Shown here one piece after another: positions 8,731 through 11,151 of a stretch of 11,151 nucleotides of DNA. Positions within the stretch are counted from its first letter, which is position 1; each line of letters starts with the position of its first letter. The notes under the pieces were generated by a model that saw only the letters and a program-made list of their open reading frames with translations, was not told where the DNA came from and searched no databases. The position numbers and the translations under genes are program-made. The DNA is from Gemmatimonadota bacterium. GTDB taxonomy: Bacteria; Gemmatimonadota; Gemmatimonadetes; Gemmatimonadales; Gemmatimonadaceae. The DNA lies in the NCBI GenBank assembly GCA_031372565.1, contig JANMLN010000038.1, forward strand, positions 1 to 11,151, in the 5' to 3' direction.

Positions 8731-8777
8731 AGGTGGCCGTGGTGGTGATGCGGATGCGAGTGGCAGCGAGAAGTCAT
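8703..8777 (-). CDS. hisL: his operon leader peptide, 24 aa, MTSRCHSHPHHHHGHLGRGVRGRA
   Basis: ATG 8777 to TAG 8703, with 7 His codons among codons 6-15 (four consecutive). It lies directly upstream of hisG on the same strand and overlaps the antiterminator. Confidence 0.92.
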   Translation of the reverse strand: MTSRCHSHPHHHHGHLGRGVRGRA

Positions 8778-8785
8778 AGCCTCAA

Positions 8786-8815
8786 AGCGTAGCGTGGGAG
8801 TACCCTCTTGCGCAA
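8786..8815 (-). promoter_or_regulatory. Putative sigma70-type promoter of the his leader/operon
   Basis: The minus strand reads TTGCGC (8815-8810) - 18 nt - TACGCT (8791-8786) - 8 nt - ATG of hisL. Confidence 0.55.
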
Positions 8816-8881
8816 GCGTTGGCTATCTTTTTGATGCTCGCGGGGCCCCGCGAGCATGACGAATCAACTAGACAGGCTTTT

Positions 8882-8887
8882 AGGAGG
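8882..8887 (+). promoter_or_regulatory. Shine-Dalgarno sequence of the blue copper protein gene
   Basis: AGGAGG, 9 nt before ATG 8897. Confidence 0.75.
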
Positions 8888-8896
8888 CCTCCAGAC

Positions 8897-9412
8897 ATGC
8901 GTTTCAACGGTTTCGCGCTCGTGACGAGTGCGCTTGTGCTCGCCGCTTGCGGCGGTGAGAAGAAGGCGGAGACGACTCCGGCGGCTGAGCCGGCAGCGGC
9001 GTCCCCGGCCATGGCAGCCCCGGCGGCTCCGGCTGCTGCAGCTCCGGCGGCTGGTGCGGCGGCGCCGATCACCGGCAAGACCGTCGAGGTCAAGATGATC
9101 GGCGACGACAAGGGCTATCGCTTCGAGCCCGCCAACATCACGATCGCCTCGGGCGACGGCATCAAGTTCCTCGTGGTCTCCGGCGGCCCGCACAACGTCG
9201 CGTTCGACGGCACCAAGCTCTCCGCCGAAGCCAAGGCGCAGCTCGACGCGAGCCTCGGCGCTGACAAGATGGCCGAGCTCTCCAGCGCGATGAAGATGAA
9301 CGCCGGTGACGTCATCACCGTGTCGTTCGGCGGCATGAAGCCGGGCGAGTACCCCTACAACTGCACGCCGCACCTCGCGATGGGCATGAAGGGCGTCATC
9401 ACCGTCAAGTAA
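8897..9412 (+). CDS. Lipoprotein with a plastocyanin/azurin-family (type 1 copper, cupredoxin) domain
   Basis: Signal peptide MRFNGFALVTSALVLAAC with an LAAC lipobox, then an Ala/Pro-rich linker, then FEPANITI..GD, GPHNVAF (His ligand) and GEYPYNCTPHLAMGMKGVITVK (Cys-x2-His-x4-Met ligands). Start 8897 is supported by the SD; 171 aa. Confidence 0.95.
   Translation: MRFNGFALVTSALVLAACGGEKKAETTPAAEPAAASPAMAAPAAPAAAAPAAGAAAPITGKTVEVKMIGDDKGYRFEPANITIASGDGIKFLVVSGGPHNVAFDGTKLSAEAKAQLDASLGADKMAELSSAMKMNAGDVITVSFGGMKPGEYPYNCTPHLAMGMKGVITVK
8979..9067 (+). repeat. Imperfect CCGGCGGCT-type low-complexity repeats encoding a PAA-rich linker
   Basis: Encodes PAAEPAAASPAMAAPAAPAAAAPAAGAAAP, with several copies of CCGGC(G/A/T)GC. 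Confidence 0.6.
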
Positions 9413-9427
9413 GCCATTCAGGCTCAC

Positions 9428-11005
9428 ATGAGCGGTTCACCGGGGGCGGGAGCGCATGGCGCTTCCGCCCCCGGATTTTTTTCCGGTGGCGCACCGTGGT
9501 GGCGTGCGCGCGCGCGCAACGCGTTGCGCCATCCCGTGCGCATCGGAGTCGTCGCCGGCGCCGTCTTTCTGCTCACGCTGCTCGCGCTCATCGTCGTTCC
9601 CGCCGGCCAGCGCCGCGCCGCCGAGCAGCGACCGGAAGCACAGCGCTACCTCGATACGCTGCCCATTCTCGCGCGGCAGCACGATGTCGAGCGACGGCGC
9701 GAACGCGCCACGAAGGCACTCGATGCGTCGCGCCTCGCGCTCGCCGCGGCTGACAGCGCCGACTTTGCGGCAGCAGAACGTCCGCGGTCGACCGCGTCGC
9801 CCGGTACCGACACGATCGCGGCACTCGGGCGCGAACTCTCGCGACTCATCGCACGGGCAGAACGGGCGCCGCTCCCCGCGACCTATCGCGACCTCGCCGC
9901 TGCGCGTGCGTTCGCTGGTGACGCGCGCATCGCTCCCTTGCTCGCGACACTCGACACGATCGAGCGGGCGCAGCGCGCGTATGGCCGCCGTCCGGAACTC
10001 GACTCGGGGTACGTGGCGCTCACCGAACGCGCCCGGGCCGTCGGGGCCACGCTCGATGCGTTGGCCCGCGATCGCCGCGGCGCGCTGCGCGGCGATGCCC
10101 CTGAGGACACACTCCAGCAGCGCGCGCGGCTCGATACGCTCGGCCGGGAGGTCGAGGCCACCGAGCGGCAGTTGGTGCTCGCGCGCCAGGTCAACACACG
10201 CGCCCAAGCGGTCCGCGCCGCTGCGCGCGAGGTCGCGAACGTCACGGCGCCTCCGCTGCTCATGCTCGTCGCGGCGGTGGCCCTCGGTCTCGCGCTCGGG
10301 GCAGCCGCGTCGCTCGTACTCGAACTCGCCGACCCGTACTTCGCGGGAGACGCCGACGCATCACTCGTCCTCGGCGCGAGCGTGGTGGGCCTCCTGCCCG
10401 AGACCGTTGATGGAACGCTCCGCGACGCGGCAGACCGGCTCATCGGGCGTGTGCTCACACCGATGGCGCCAGGCGCGCGCCTCGCACTGGTCGCGCTCGA
10501 CGGACAACAGGCCGCGCACGTGGCGGTCGCCCTGGCGACCGCGGTGGCGGCCAGCGGTCGCGCCGTGCTGCTGCTCGACACCGATACGCAGAGCGCTGCG
10601 GCCGCCGTGCTGTTGCGACGCCCGGCCGTGCCCGGTATCACCGATGTACTCGCCCGCGGGCTCACCTGGTCGCAAGCGCTGCATCCGCACATCGGCAGTC
10701 ATGCGCCGCCGCTCGACGTCATCCCGCCGGGCACCTCGCTCAAGTTCGCGCCGGGCACCGTGGCCATGGACCATGCCGCCGAGGCGCTCGGCCATCTCGC
10801 GGACAGCTATGATCTCACGCTCGTGACCGTCACCCCTGCCGACACGCCGATTGCCGAGGCACTGCTCGTGCCTGCGCGCGTGACCGAGGCGCTGATCGTG
10901 GCGGTACCGGGGGAGACGCGGCTCGCAGCGCTGCGCCGGACGCGCGAACGGCTCGCCCTTCGCGGCGTGTCGCTTGTGGGCGTGGTCGTCCTCGAGCGCT
11001 CGTGA
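9428..11005 (+). CDS. Wzc/Wzz-like polysaccharide co-polymerase-fold membrane protein with a degenerate BY-kinase (CpsD/CapB-like) domain
   Basis: TM1 (IGVVAGAVFLLTLLALIVVP), a helical or coiled-coil middle, TM2 with Pro and GxxxG (PPLLMLVAAVALGLALGAAASLVLELADP), then kinase-fold remnants GRAVLLLDTD, PGITDVL, LDVIPPGT, YDLTLV and LVGVVV. The start is uncertain: ATG 9428, TTG 9524 or GTG 9536. Confidence 0.72.
   Translation: MSGSPGAGAHGASAPGFFSGGAPWWRARARNALRHPVRIGVVAGAVFLLTLLALIVVPAGQRRAAEQRPEAQRYLDTLPILARQHDVERRRERATKALDASRLALAAADSADFAAAERPRSTASPGTDTIAALGRELSRLIARAERAPLPATYRDLAAARAFAGDARIAPLLATLDTIERAQRAYGRRPELDSGYVALTERARAVGATLDALARDRRGALRGDAPEDTLQQRARLDTLGREVEATERQLVLARQVNTRAQAVRAAAREVANVTAPPLLMLVAAVALGLALGAAASLVLELADPYFAGDADASLVLGASVVGLLPETVDGTLRDAADRLIGRVLTPMAPGARLALVALDGQQAAHVAVALATAVAASGRAVLLLDTDTQSAAAAVLLRRPAVPGITDVLARGLTWSQALHPHIGSHAPPLDVIPPGTSLKFAPGTVAMDHAAEALGHLADSYDLTLVTVTPADTPIAEALLVPARVTEALIVAVPGETRLAALRRTRERLALRGVSLVGVVVLERS
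9440..9482 (+). terminator. Rho-independent terminator after the copper protein gene
   Basis: 16-bp stem CCGGGGGCGGGAGCGC (9440-9455) / GCGCTTCCGCCCCCGG (9459-9474) with one G-U pair and a 3-nt loop, followed by A and T7 (9476-9482). It starts 27 nt after the TAA. Confidence 0.9.
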
Positions 11006-11022
11006 GGCGCGTGCGCGGCCGG

Positions 11023-11028
11023 TAGATT
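11023..11028 (+). promoter_or_regulatory. Putative -10 element (TAGATT) of a leaderless transcript
   Basis: TANNNT hexamer 7 nt before ATG 11036 in an otherwise GC-rich spacer, with no SD. Confidence 0.5.
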
Positions 11029-11035
11029 CCGCCGC

Positions 11036-11151
11036 ATGTGGGCCGATACTCTCCTGGCTGCCGAGCAGGCGCACCTGCTTCGGCTCGCGGTCTGGGCCGC
11101 CGGATCGGTGTTGCTGGGGACCGCGCTGCTGGCCGGGCTCCGGCTCCGGGG
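11036..11151 (+). CDS. Hypothetical membrane protein, 5' fragment (MWADTLLAAEQAHLLRLAVWAAGSVLLGTALLAGLRLR...)
   Basis: ATG 30 nt after the previous stop, open to the window edge, with a hydrophobic helix and GC-rich codon usage. Confidence 0.7.
   Translation, partial: MWADTLLAAEQAHLLRLAVWAAGSVLLGTALLAGLRLR

Noticed and set aside
8579..8800. T-box or metabolite riboswitch as the his regulator
   Set aside because: No T-box consensus (UGGnACC bulge) or specifier stem was seen; the His-codon leader peptide explains the helices.
8883..8892. Palindrome GGAGGCCTCC over the SD as a translational switch
   Set aside because: It has no loop, so only about 3 bp could form as an RNA hairpin, and there is no supporting structure.
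8979..9067. Short repeats as a possible CRISPR or tandem DNA repeat system
   Set aside because: Irregular, in frame, without spacers, and fully explained by the Ala/Pro linker.
8782..9427. Minus-strand ORFs 8782..9111 and 8864..9427, and the upstream start 8819 for the copper protein
   Set aside because: The minus ORFs are shadows of the cupredoxin gene. ATG 8897 has the SD and begins a proper lipoprotein signal peptide.
9437..11074. Overlapping ORFs 9456..10826 (+), 9437..10207, 9883..10692 and 10361..11074 (-)
   Set aside because: No recognisable motifs; the 9428..11005 frame carries the TM segments and kinase-fold remnants.

Overview
GC-rich bacterial window. My impression of the lineage is Gemmatimonadota-like, but this is unverified. 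The minus strand carries a complete, translationally coupled histidine biosynthesis operon in the order hisG-hisD-hisC-hisH-hisA-hisB-hisF-hisN-hisIE. It is followed 7 nt later by a multi-TM sensor histidine kinase that runs off the left edge and is missing from the ORF track. The main hidden element lies upstream of hisG: an unannotated 24-aa His-rich leader peptide (MTSRCHSHPHHHHGHLGRGVRGRA, 8703..8777, minus strand) with mutually exclusive antiterminator and terminator helices. This is a ribosome-mediated his attenuator, probably on a leaderless transcript. On the plus strand, divergently, are a lipid-anchored plastocyanin-type blue copper protein, a strong intrinsic terminator, a Wzc/Wzz-like protein with a degenerate BY-kinase domain, and the start of a probable membrane protein. 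No mobile element, CRISPR array or structural RNA gene was seen.
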